A program made the position numbers and the translations under genes. A stretch of DNA of 45,170 nt. Origin: an uncultured Clostridia bacterium (GTDB lineage Bacteria > Bacillota > Clostridia > Saccharofermentanales > Fastidiosipilaceae). This document shows, piece after piece, positions 1-7,253 of this stretch. Under the pieces are notes generated by a model, which saw nothing but the letters and a program-made list of their open reading frames with translations, was not told where the DNA came from and did not search any database. Every line of letters starts with the position of its first letter. Positions within the stretch are counted from its first letter, which is position 1. The stretch is from assembly GCA_947253135.1 (NCBI GenBank), contig CAMXYS010000001.1:1-45170 (forward strand). Reading direction: 5' to 3'.

Positions 1-45
1 ACCGGTGGCGAATCGTCGGCAGCGTCAGATGTGTATAAGAGACAG
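1..45. other. Illumina Nextera adapter, not genomic: P5 tail AC, 10-nt i5-like index CGGTGGCGAA, then TCGTCGGCAGCGTC + Tn5 mosaic end AGATGTGTATAAGAGACAG
   Basis: Exact match at 13..45 to the Nextera Read-1 transposase adapter TCGTCGGCAGCGTCAGATGTGTATAAGAGACAG. The preceding 12 nt fit ...CTACAC + a 10-nt index. Confidence 0.95.
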
Positions 46-414
46 ACGCAGGGGCCGCTAGCCGGCAAAAGGTCGACGGGCCGTAAAAGGAGGTTGTCAG
101 CCGTAAAAAATATTCCTGAAAAATGTTAAAAAAACGTTAAGAAACATTTGTGCCTTCGCAATCTTATCGCTGGCAGGAATGGCCGGTTGACGCAGATTCA
201 CGCAGCTTCCTTGTCCGGTTCAGCACGGGCACTTTTAACAATGCCTTAATTTTTTGTCAGGCTCACAGGTCCCGTTTCCGACTGAAAAAGGGGCTGTGGT
301 CAGGGCCTTGCCTACAGAATGGCAATAAAAGTTAAAACATGGAGACCTGACCTTGTGTATAATGATAGATATAGCATAAAGGACGATATCATGAATTCTT
401 TGGAGGGAAATAAC

Positions 415-1440
415 ATGATTAAAGTAGGCATATCAGGATATGGAACGATCGGCCAGCGGCTGGCTGACGGTGTAGCTCGCCAAGGTGATATGGAATTGGT
501 AGGGGTGGCTGATTTTGCGCCGACTCTGTCCATTCGGGCATTGAAAGAAAAGGGTATGCCTTATGACCTCTACCTGGTAGACGGTGCTGACAAGAGCAAG
601 TTCGATGAACTAGATATTCCGGTAGCCGGCAACTTTGATGAGCTGTGCCAAAAGGTTGACATTATGCTGGACTCTTCCCCGGCCGGCATCGGCATGAAAA
701 ATAAGGAAATTTATAAAAAATATGGCATTAAGGCTGTTTTCCAAGGCGGGGAGAGTAATGATGTTGCAGACGTCTTTTTCCATGGCCCGGCCAATTACGA
801 AAAGGGTATCAATCAAGACTACCTGAAGCTGACCAGCTGTAATACAACCGGTTTGATTCGGGCCGTCAGCGCTTTGGACCAGGCTTACGGGGTTGAGCGC
901 GTGGCTGTGACCATCGTTCGCCGGGTGGCCGACCCCGGTGACTACCACCGCGGTTTGACCAATGCCTTGCAAGTGGAGCAAGCCCCGACCCACCAGGCTG
1001 TCGACCTGATGACAGTTCTGCCTCACATCGAAGCAACCGGTATCCTGGTTCACACCCCGGTCACCCATGGTCACTTTATCTCTGTTACCGTACACGGCAA
1101 AGACAAAATTACCAAGGAACAAGTGCTGGAAGCCTTTAAGAAGAATGATCGTATTCGCATCGTCCGCTTGGAAGACGGCTTCCTGGGTAACGCTTCCCTC
1201 TTCAAATATGCTCGTGACCTGGGGCATACTCGTGGCGACCTTTACGAGATTGCTGTTTGGGAGAATACGGTAGTTGAGTTTGGCGACGAAGTTATGTTCG
1301 GTATCCACATTCCGCAAGAATCGGTCACTATCCCGGAGACTATGGATGCTGTCCGCGCCGCTTGCGGTATGCAAGACAACAAGGCCGAGGCTTTGGCTAA
1401 GACCAACGAGTATTTGGGTTTAGGCTCATGGAAAAAATAA
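415..1440 (+). CDS. gap: Glyceraldehyde-3-phosphate dehydrogenase, class II (archaeal type)
   Basis: ATG 415 follows GGAGGG at 402..407. N-terminus MIKVGISGYGTIGQR is a Rossmann GxGxxG. The catalytic-Cys motif is SCNTTGL (class I enzymes have SCTTNC). VRRVADP, DLYEIAVWE and QESVTIPETMDAVRA all resemble archaeal GAPDH. The ORF-track start at 319 adds 32 aa with no SD. Confidence 0.85.
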   Translation: MIKVGISGYGTIGQRLADGVARQGDMELVGVADFAPTLSIRALKEKGMPYDLYLVDGADKSKFDELDIPVAGNFDELCQKVDIMLDSSPAGIGMKNKEIYKKYGIKAVFQGGESNDVADVFFHGPANYEKGINQDYLKLTSCNTTGLIRAVSALDQAYGVERVAVTIVRRVADPGDYHRGLTNALQVEQAPTHQAVDLMTVLPHIEATGILVHTPVTHGHFISVTVHGKDKITKEQVLEAFKKNDRIRIVRLEDGFLGNASLFKYARDLGHTRGDLYEIAVWENTVVEFGDEVMFGIHIPQESVTIPETMDAVRAACGMQDNKAEALAKTNEYLGLGSWKK

Positions 1441-2690
1441 AAATGAAATCCATGCGAGACGTGGATTACCATAATAAAACAGTTCTGTTGCGGCTGGATA
1501 TCAATTCGCCGATCGACCCGCAGACAAAAAAGATTGTCAACGAAAACCGGCTGTCAAAAAGTGTGCCAACCTTGAACTATCTTTTGGAGCAGGGCGCCAA
1601 GGTGGCGGTCATCGCCCACCAAGGCGATACCCTGGACTACCAAAACCTGATTGCCCTGGAAGAACACGCTGCTATTTTAAGTCGCTTGACCGGGCGGACA
1701 ATCAACTATATTGATGATGTCTGTGGCCCCGCAGCCCTGGCAGCTGTCCGTGAATTGAAACCGGGGGAGGCAATCATCCTGGGCAACTTGCGCTATCTGA
1801 CGGAGGAGGTCTCCCACTTTGAAACCGTGGTTCACCTGACGCCGGAAGAGATGACCAAATGTCGCCTGGTTAGACGGCTGGCTCCCTTGTTTGACGCCTA
1901 TGTCAATGATGCCTTTGCCGCCGCCCACCGCGCTGCCCCTTCAATGGTGGCCTTTCAGCATGTCCTACCGACAGCTGCCGGTGATCTTTTGTTTAAGGAG
2001 TATAAGACCTTAACCGGCGTGTTAGAGAATCCGGCCAAGCCCTCTGTTTTTGTCTTGGGCGGTGCCAAGATTTCCGACGCCTTCGGCATGATGGAACAAG
2101 TGTTGGCCAACGGCACGGCTGACCGGATTTTAACGACAGGTGTGACCGGTGCCGTCTTCCTTTTGGCGGCAGGGAAGCGACTGGGCAAGCAGTATGAAGA
2201 ATGGTTGGCCAACAAGGATTTCTTACATTTTGTCGACGACGCTAAACGCTATATCGATGAGTATGGCGACCGGCTTGAATTTCCGGTCGATTTAGCCTAT
2301 GCTGAGAACGGTATGCGAAAAGAGATAGCTGTCGACAAACTGCCCAAAGATGACGCCTCATTTTTGGACATTGGCACAGAAACTCAAGCTAAATATCGTG
2401 AAATCATCCTCGATGCCAAAACGATATTTGCCAATGGGCCGGCCGGTGTTTATGAGGAAGACTTGTTTATCGACGGGACCAAGGCCTGCTGGCAGGCGAT
2501 TGCCGACTCTGCAGCCTTCTCCGTTATCGGCGGTGGCGATACCGTTTCATCGGCCGCTCAGTTTATTGATTTGAAGCATATCAGCTATGTCTGCACCGCA
2601 GGCGGAGCCATGGTGCGTTTTATGACAGGCAAGACCCTGCCTTTAATTGAGGCAATGGAATTTGCTTACTCTAAGGAGGAAAAGAGTTAA
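1428..2690 (+). CDS. pgk: Phosphoglycerate kinase, archaeal-like sequence type
   Basis: NKTVLLRLDINSPIDPQT...AKVAVIAHQGD...GEAIILGNLRY resembles archaeal PGK N-termini rather than the bacterial RVDFNVP / SHLGRP form. It overlaps the gap stop. Start is uncertain (ATG at 1428, 1443 or 1452). The stop overlaps the next start as TAATG at 2688..2692. Confidence 0.8.
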   Translation: MEKIKMKSMRDVDYHNKTVLLRLDINSPIDPQTKKIVNENRLSKSVPTLNYLLEQGAKVAVIAHQGDTLDYQNLIALEEHAAILSRLTGRTINYIDDVCGPAALAAVRELKPGEAIILGNLRYLTEEVSHFETVVHLTPEEMTKCRLVRRLAPLFDAYVNDAFAAAHRAAPSMVAFQHVLPTAAGDLLFKEYKTLTGVLENPAKPSVFVLGGAKISDAFGMMEQVLANGTADRILTTGVTGAVFLLAAGKRLGKQYEEWLANKDFLHFVDDAKRYIDEYGDRLEFPVDLAYAENGMRKEIAVDKLPKDDASFLDIGTETQAKYREIILDAKTIFANGPAGVYEEDLFIDGTKACWQAIADSAAFSVIGGGDTVSSAAQFIDLKHISYVCTAGGAMVRFMTGKTLPLIEAMEFAYSKEEKS

Positions 2691-3541
2691 TGGACCGCAA
2701 AGAAAAATTGGAGTTGCAAAAGTTTGCGACGCAAATTCGTATCGAGACGACAAAGGAAGTCGGCATCCGTGGCTTTGGCCACTTGGGCGGTGCTCTTTCG
2801 ATTGTTGACGCACTGGCCGTTTTGTACGGCAAGCAAATGAAGTATAAGCCGGAAGACCCCAAGTGGGCTGACCGCGACATTATGGTTTGCTCCAAGGGAC
2901 ACGCCGGCCCGGCAATTTACGCCACCTTGGCATTAAAGGGCTTCTTCCCTATGGATATGTTGAAGACATTAAATCAGCCCGGCACCAAACTGCCCTCCCA
3001 CTGTGACCGCAAGTTGACACCCGGTGTCGACATGACCACCGGCTCTTTGGGGCAAGGTGTTTCAGCTGCTATGGGTATGGCCCTGGCACAAAAAATGGAT
3101 AAAAAAGACAGCCGCACCTACCTCTTTATCGGCGACGGTGAGGCCAATGAGGGTCAGGTTTGGGAAGGCGCCCTGTTCGCCCACCAACACAAGCTGGACA
3201 ATCTGATTGCCTTTATCGATGACAATGGCAAACAGCTGGACGGTTACACCAAGGATGTTATGGATATGGGTGATATCGCCGCCAAGTACAAGGCCTTTGG
3301 TTGGAATGCCGTCACCATCGACGGTCATGACGTCGAGGCTATTGACCGGGCTATTGAAGATGCCAAGAAGGTTAAGGGCGTGCCGACAGCTATCGTTATG
3401 AAGACAGTCAAAGGCAAAGGCATCAAGGATCTGGAAGATATGCTTTTGAACCACCACATCAGGATTGATGATACCTTTACCAACAAGGCGGTGGGCGAGC
3501 TGGAAGCTAAGCTGGCTGAAATTGAGAAGGAGCTGAACTGA
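2690..3541 (+). CDS. Transketolase, N-terminal (thiamine diphosphate-binding) subunit
   Basis: GHAGPAIYATLALKGFF, GSLGQG and GDGEANEGQVWEGALFA motifs. AAGGAGGA SD at 2673..2680. Coupled to the next gene by a TGATG overlap at 3539..3543. Confidence 0.9.
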   Translation: MDRKEKLELQKFATQIRIETTKEVGIRGFGHLGGALSIVDALAVLYGKQMKYKPEDPKWADRDIMVCSKGHAGPAIYATLALKGFFPMDMLKTLNQPGTKLPSHCDRKLTPGVDMTTGSLGQGVSAAMGMALAQKMDKKDSRTYLFIGDGEANEGQVWEGALFAHQHKLDNLIAFIDDNGKQLDGYTKDVMDMGDIAAKYKAFGWNAVTIDGHDVEAIDRAIEDAKKVKGVPTAIVMKTVKGKGIKDLEDMLLNHHIRIDDTFTNKAVGELEAKLAEIEKELN

Positions 3542-4503
3542 TGTTTAAAGTAATCTACGATGGTGAACTCGAAGCTAAGGCTCACAAGGATGTTTTCGGT
3601 GATACATTGGCAGAGTTGGCCGCTGCCGATCAGGATGTTGTATATCTCGACGCCGACTTGATGAACTCTTCCGGCACCTACAAGTTTTGGCAGGCCAATC
3701 CCGGCCGCGCCATCAACTGCGGTATTTCTGAAGCTAACATGATGGGTGTGGCAGCCGGTCTGTCCGCTATGGGTAAAAAGCCTTTCGCCCATACCTTTGG
3801 TCCCTTTGCTTCAAGGCGTTGCTATGATCAGGTCTTCCTGTCCATCGGCTACGCGGGTAATCACGCTGTCGTCTACGGTTCTGACGCCGGTGTGACCGCC
3901 GGCTTTAACGGTGGTACCCATATGCCTTTTGAGGATATGGCCCTCTATCGGGCGATCCCCCATGCGACGGTTTTAGAACCTGCGGACGGTGTGGCTCTGA
4001 AGAAGTTGCTGAAACTCGCTAACAATGCCAAGGGTCTAGTTTATATCCGCAGTACCCGTAAAAATTACAAGAAGATCTATGACGAGACTTCTGAATTTGA
4101 AATCGGCAAGGGTCATGTCATCCGTGACGGCAAGGATGCGACGATTATTGCTTCCGGCCTGATGGTGGGCGAGGCCATGACAGCTGCTGAGACTTTGGCC
4201 GGCAAGGGCATCGAGGTCCGCGTGATCGACATGTACTCAATTAAGCCCCTCGATTCGGACCTGGTCCTGAAAGCTGCTGACGAGACCGGCGCTGTCATCA
4301 CAGCCGAAAACCACAACATTATCGGTGGTTTGGGTGATGCTGTAGCTGCTGTTCTGGCAGAAAATAAGGCTGTCTCTTTCAAGAAGGTCGGCGTTGAAGA
4401 TGAATTCGGCCAGGTTGGTCCGCAAGATTATCTGCAAGAGGTCTACGGCTTGACCGCTGACCACTTGGTTAAGGCAGTTGAAGAGACCATTGCCAAGAAG
4501 TAA
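3541..4503 (+). CDS. Transketolase, C-terminal (pyrimidine-binding + C-terminal domain) subunit
   Basis: ISEANMMGVAAGLS, HTFGPFASRRCYDQ, GGTHMPFEDMALYRAIP. Typical split-transketolase second subunit. Confidence 0.9.
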   Translation: MFKVIYDGELEAKAHKDVFGDTLAELAAADQDVVYLDADLMNSSGTYKFWQANPGRAINCGISEANMMGVAAGLSAMGKKPFAHTFGPFASRRCYDQVFLSIGYAGNHAVVYGSDAGVTAGFNGGTHMPFEDMALYRAIPHATVLEPADGVALKKLLKLANNAKGLVYIRSTRKNYKKIYDETSEFEIGKGHVIRDGKDATIIASGLMVGEAMTAAETLAGKGIEVRVIDMYSIKPLDSDLVLKAADETGAVITAENHNIIGGLGDAVAAVLAENKAVSFKKVGVEDEFGQVGPQDYLQEVYGLTADHLVKAVEETIAKK

Positions 4504-4581
4504 GCTTGCTCTTTCAGTTCCCGGTCTTCAAGCTTGCTTTAAGACTAAAAATGGGCTGTATGCGAGGCTAACAGACTCATT

Positions 4582-4621
4582 AAAAAACCGTCGGTGGAGT
4601 GATCTGCCGGCGGCTTTTTTG
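4582..4621. terminator. Bidirectional rho-independent terminator between the tkt operon and the convergent island genes
   Basis: AAAAAA-CCGTCGG-(15-nt loop)-CCGGCGG-CTTTTTT. A 7-bp stem with one G-U pair, A-run before and T-run after. Confidence 0.7.
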
Positions 4622-4640
4622 TAGCGTTTTTAATAGTAAC

Positions 4641-4952
4641 TTAAGAATATAAAACGCTGATTGAATCAAAGATCTCGCCCATGCTTTTTCCATCAATAAC
4701 TTTGGCGGCTAAAAAGTTATCAATATTTTCATTTGCATCTTTATTGCTTGCTTCATAAAGCAACTCACACTTTACGGCCGGCTGACCATCAGCTTGATAG
4801 GCTCCCCAATCATAAAGTGACAAAGAATGCGTATTCATGGGCTCTTGTATCCATCCGGAATTTAAGGATAAAAAATTCCCCTGATACAAGATCTCCATGT
4901 CGACACCGTAGTAGAGTTTGTCGTAAAACTCCTTAAAAGAAATATTTGCCAT
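4641..4952 (-). CDS. Small hypothetical protein (103 aa), third gene of cassette 1; immunity/antitoxin-like by position
   Basis: AGGGGG SD upstream, and its start lies 2 nt after the upstream stop. Shares EFYDKLYYGVD...GW and GKS...E..I with the 91-aa protein at 6133..6408. I recognise no known domain. Confidence 0.6.
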   Translation of the reverse strand: MANISFKEFYDKLYYGVDMEILYQGNFLSLNSGWIQEPMNTHSLSLYDWGAYQADGQPAVKCELLYEASNKDANENIDNFLAAKVIDGKSMGEIFDSISVLYS

Positions 4953-4954
4953 CT

Positions 4955-5326
4955 TTAGAGCCCCCTAAAATACTTTTTGTACTTTTTGAATTCTTCTTCG
5001 GTCAGAAGTCTTCCTGAACGGTCACGACTTAAATTTGAATAAAAATGGATATGAAGGACAGGTCCGTGATGCCCTGCCAATTTAGGTTCTTTGTGGTAGT
5101 CAATATCAAACTTTGCTGTTTTATCAGCATTATATTCACGATAACGCTTAAATTTCCCCTCGTGATCCAGCAAAATATAAGCTCTGCTGGAATGCGCTTC
5201 TTCCGGTAGATTGATGGAGTCCTTTTTATTTAACTTTTCTAGAACTTTTACACCCTCGATTATATCAACTGTTTCGTAGGTAAAGGGAGCATAATTATCA
5301 GCGGCATAGGTTCCCCGTCCACCCAT
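4955..5326 (-). CDS. Small hypothetical protein (123 aa) with conserved N-terminus MGGRGTYAADNY, EEAHSSRAYI and an LHxH motif; toxin-like by context
   Basis: Its start overlaps the DUF4417-like stop (TAATG at 5324..5328). It is a paralogue of 6401..6781, with 29 of the first 31 residues identical and a divergent middle. YKKYFRG is conserved at the C-terminus. Confidence 0.6.
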   Translation of the reverse strand: MGGRGTYAADNYAPFTYETVDIIEGVKVLEKLNKKDSINLPEEAHSSRAYILLDHEGKFKRYREYNADKTAKFDIDYHKEPKLAGHHGPVLHIHFYSNLSRDRSGRLLTEEEFKKYKKYFRGL

Positions 5327-5952
5327 TATCTCACCACCTTTCGGCTGGACATATAATCCACTGTAACTAAGTTACCCTCCATTTCTTTGAAGGGCTTGCC
5401 AAAACAAATAATGGCAGCTGGATTGATTTTTTCTAACATGACTTGATAGCCACGTAAAAAGGGAAGTCGATTGGCTTTTTTTGCACCAATCATGCCCACT
5501 GCTACGATGGAGCCTTCCTCTACGCCATCAAAACAAAAATCAAAGCTTCGAGTGTCACCCCAACTAATAGAGGGGATGACTGTAGCACCTTGTGCTTGCC
5601 ACCAAGCCCCACACCAGCGATTTTTGGCAACATTTTCTAGCTGTCGCCACAAATCCATATCTGCATAAAGAGAAAAGTCAGGACTTAGAAGAAAGGTGTA
5701 TTGAGCATAGCGTGCCCAAGTTCTATTTGGATTATCATAGATCCCCTTAAAACGGTAGTCGTCAACAAAAAAGTGAACGCCTTTTTTTGTATGGATAGGA
5801 AGGTCATTCTTTTTTGTATCTGAACAAGCGATTAACTCGATCGGCTGCAATTCGATGGCTTGTTTATGAATGAGTGGCAGCTCATATTTGCCACTTTTAG
5901 TAAATTGATTTCTCATAAAAAGCGGATTTCTCCGCATGTCTGCACTTGTCAT
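5326..5952 (-). CDS. DUF4417-like protein (208 aa)
   Basis: HFFVDDYRF, LLSPDFSLYADMDLW, NRWCGAWWQAQGATVIPSISWGD..SFDFCFDG match my memory of the DUF4417 family consensus (DDY and PDFS motifs). AGGAGG SD at 5959..5964, 6 nt before ATG 5952. Confidence 0.65.
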   Translation of the reverse strand: MTSADMRRNPLFMRNQFTKSGKYELPLIHKQAIELQPIELIACSDTKKNDLPIHTKKGVHFFVDDYRFKGIYDNPNRTWARYAQYTFLLSPDFSLYADMDLWRQLENVAKNRWCGAWWQAQGATVIPSISWGDTRSFDFCFDGVEEGSIVAVGMIGAKKANRLPFLRGYQVMLEKINPAAIICFGKPFKEMEGNLVTVDYMSSRKVVR

Positions 5953-6089
5953 ATAGCGCCTCCTAAAAGCTTAAAGTTTTTTGTCGGATGTGCTACCATG
6001 ACCTTGCAGACGTGCGATAGCACATATGTGATAGCCTCTAATTTGTTGCCGCAAATTTGAGGCTTTAATTTTTTACTAAAAATATTGAA
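5943..6089. repeat. Direct repeat copy A (147 bp, identical to 6867..7013): 5' end of the DUF4417 gene plus leader/promoter-proximal region
   Basis: Base-by-base comparison shows 147/147 identity at an offset of 924 bp. Similarity continues with mismatches to about 5923 and 6098. Confidence 0.95.
6016..6063 (-). promoter_or_regulatory. Operator-like palindrome CACATATGTG (6021..6030, flanked by GATAGC direct repeats) and a hairpin with 12-nt arms (6034..6045 / 6052..6063, 11 of 12 paired) in the cassette leader; duplicated at 6940..6987
   Basis: Read directly from the sequence. It sits between the putative -10 (6079..6084) and the SD (5959..5964) on the minus strand. Confidence 0.4.
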
Positions 6090-6107
6090 CCGCCTATTTT
6101 AAGTCAA
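6079..6107 (-). promoter_or_regulatory. Putative sigma70-type promoter of cassette 1 (-35 TTGACT, 17-nt spacer, -10 TATTTT)
   Basis: On the minus strand TTGACT is 6107..6102 and TATTTT is 6084..6079. The -35 lies just outside the 147-bp repeat, so cassette 2 shares only the -10. Confidence 0.35.
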
Positions 6108-6132
6108 ATCAGAATTCATTGAGAATCCGACC

Positions 6133-6408
6133 TCAAGAATCGACCCATTCAATTTGGCCTTCTACCTGATAAAAGGATTTACCGGCAAAAAATTGCCCTT
6201 GTATAAAGGCGTCTACGCATTCAAGTCTATCTAAACTTGAATAATGCCAAACCGGAATGGATAAATTGCTTATATTAGTGAGCTCAATCGTGTATAGATC
6301 ATTCTTACACCAACCTTGAAGCAGATATTTATCGCCATTAAAGTAAAACCATAGATCTGTTCCGTAGTATAAGCTGTCAATAAAGTCGCCCGTATTTCCA
6401 TTAATCAT
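6133..6408 (-). CDS. Small hypothetical protein (91 aa), third gene of cassette 2; divergent paralogue of 4641..4952
   Basis: GAGGAGGG SD upstream, and an 8-nt overlap with the upstream gene. Shared DFIDSLYYGTD...GW motif. Confidence 0.55.
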   Translation of the reverse strand: MINGNTGDFIDSLYYGTDLWFYFNGDKYLLQGWCKNDLYTIELTNISNLSIPVWHYSSLDRLECVDAFIQGQFFAGKSFYQVEGQIEWVDS

Positions 6409-6781
6409 GGCACCCTCCTCTAAAATATTTTTGATATCTTTGATATAATCTCGATTTTTTCTTTATGGCAATAGCCGGTGATCGATTAAAAAACTCATCG
6501 TAAATGTGGTAATGAAGTATATTTTTTCGGCTTAAATCTAAGTTTGGTTCGGGGTGGTAAGCAATTTCAAGTCTTAAATATTTATTTGAATCATAAATTC
6601 TAATCTGGTGAAAGCTGCCATCCCGCTTTAATTTAATGTAGGCTCTGCTAGAATGTGCTTCTTCCGGTAGAGAATGCTTCCCGTCCAGGCCTTCCAGCAC
6701 TTTTACACCCTCGATTATATCAACTGTTTCATAGGTAAAGGGGACATAGTTGTCAGCAGCATAAGTTCCTCGTCCGCCCAT
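6401..6781 (-). CDS. Small hypothetical protein (126 aa), paralogue of 4955..5326 (MGGRGTYAADNY..., EEAHSSRAYI, LHYH, YQKYFRG)
   Basis: The same N-terminal 31 aa (29 identical) and the same TAATG coupling to the upstream reading frame. Confidence 0.6.
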   Translation of the reverse strand: MGGRGTYAADNYVPFTYETVDIIEGVKVLEGLDGKHSLPEEAHSSRAYIKLKRDGSFHQIRIYDSNKYLRLEIAYHPEPNLDLSRKNILHYHIYDEFFNRSPAIAIKKKSRLYQRYQKYFRGGCHD

Positions 6782-6876
6782 TATCTCACCACCTTTCGGC
6801 TGGCCATATATCGACCGGTAGTAAAGCAGTTTTTCTTTTTGGGGAACGGATTTCTCCGCAAGTTTTCACTTGTCAT
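6781..6876 (-). pseudogene. DUF4417 remnant: 31-codon in-frame deletion derivative (MTSENLRRNPFPKKKNCFTTGRYMASRKVVR*)
   Basis: Hand translation of the reverse complement. It keeps the N-terminus (MTS..RRNP) and C-terminus (YM.SRKVVR*) of the 208-aa protein. The homology offsets on either side (924 vs 1455) differ by 531 nt, which is 177 codons. The SD and the TAATG coupling are retained. Confidence 0.8.
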
Positions 6877-7013
6877 ATAGCGCCTCCTAAAAGCTTAAAG
6901 TTTTTTGTCGGATGTGCTACCATGACCTTGCAGACGTGCGATAGCACATATGTGATAGCCTCTAATTTGTTGCCGCAAATTTGAGGCTTTAATTTTTTAC
7001 TAAAAATATTGAA
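6867..7013. repeat. Direct repeat copy B (147 bp, identical to 5943..6089)
   Basis: See copy A. Confidence 0.95.
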
Positions 7014-7253
7014 TCACCTACTTTCTATTTCGATTTAATAACATGTGACAACACAATATAAGCATGAGAACAACATGTAGTCAAGTTAAAAGCACAATAT
7101 ATTGTGATCTGACGAGCTAGAAAGAACAACTTATTATGCTTCCTTCTAAAAGCCAAACAAGAATTCATCAAGAATTGATCTACTCATTTTGATCTTTCAT
7201 TCGCCAAGTATGGATATAATAAGTAAAAAGACGGCCTATAGGGGGGAATTAAG

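Noticed and set aside
121-149. Inverted repeat AAATGTT-N15-AACATTT upstream of the gap operon as a regulator site (cre/CggR-like)
   Set aside because: The arms are only 7 bp and AT-rich, it matches no operator consensus I know, and it lies about 265 nt upstream of the start codon. The support is too weak.
319-414. ORF-track start at 319 for GAPDH (32 extra residues)
   Set aside because: The extension has no homology-like features. ATG 415 has a GGAGGG SD and begins exactly at the Rossmann-fold N-terminus typical of the family.
610-1374. Long antisense ORFs inside well-supported genes (610..1374, 3325..3792, 8080..8499, 11976..12698, 17041..17643, 27350..27847, 28995..29735 and others)
   Set aside because: They are shadow ORFs opposite genes with clear family motifs. 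They have low-complexity or Arg/Gly/His-rich translations and no SD sites.
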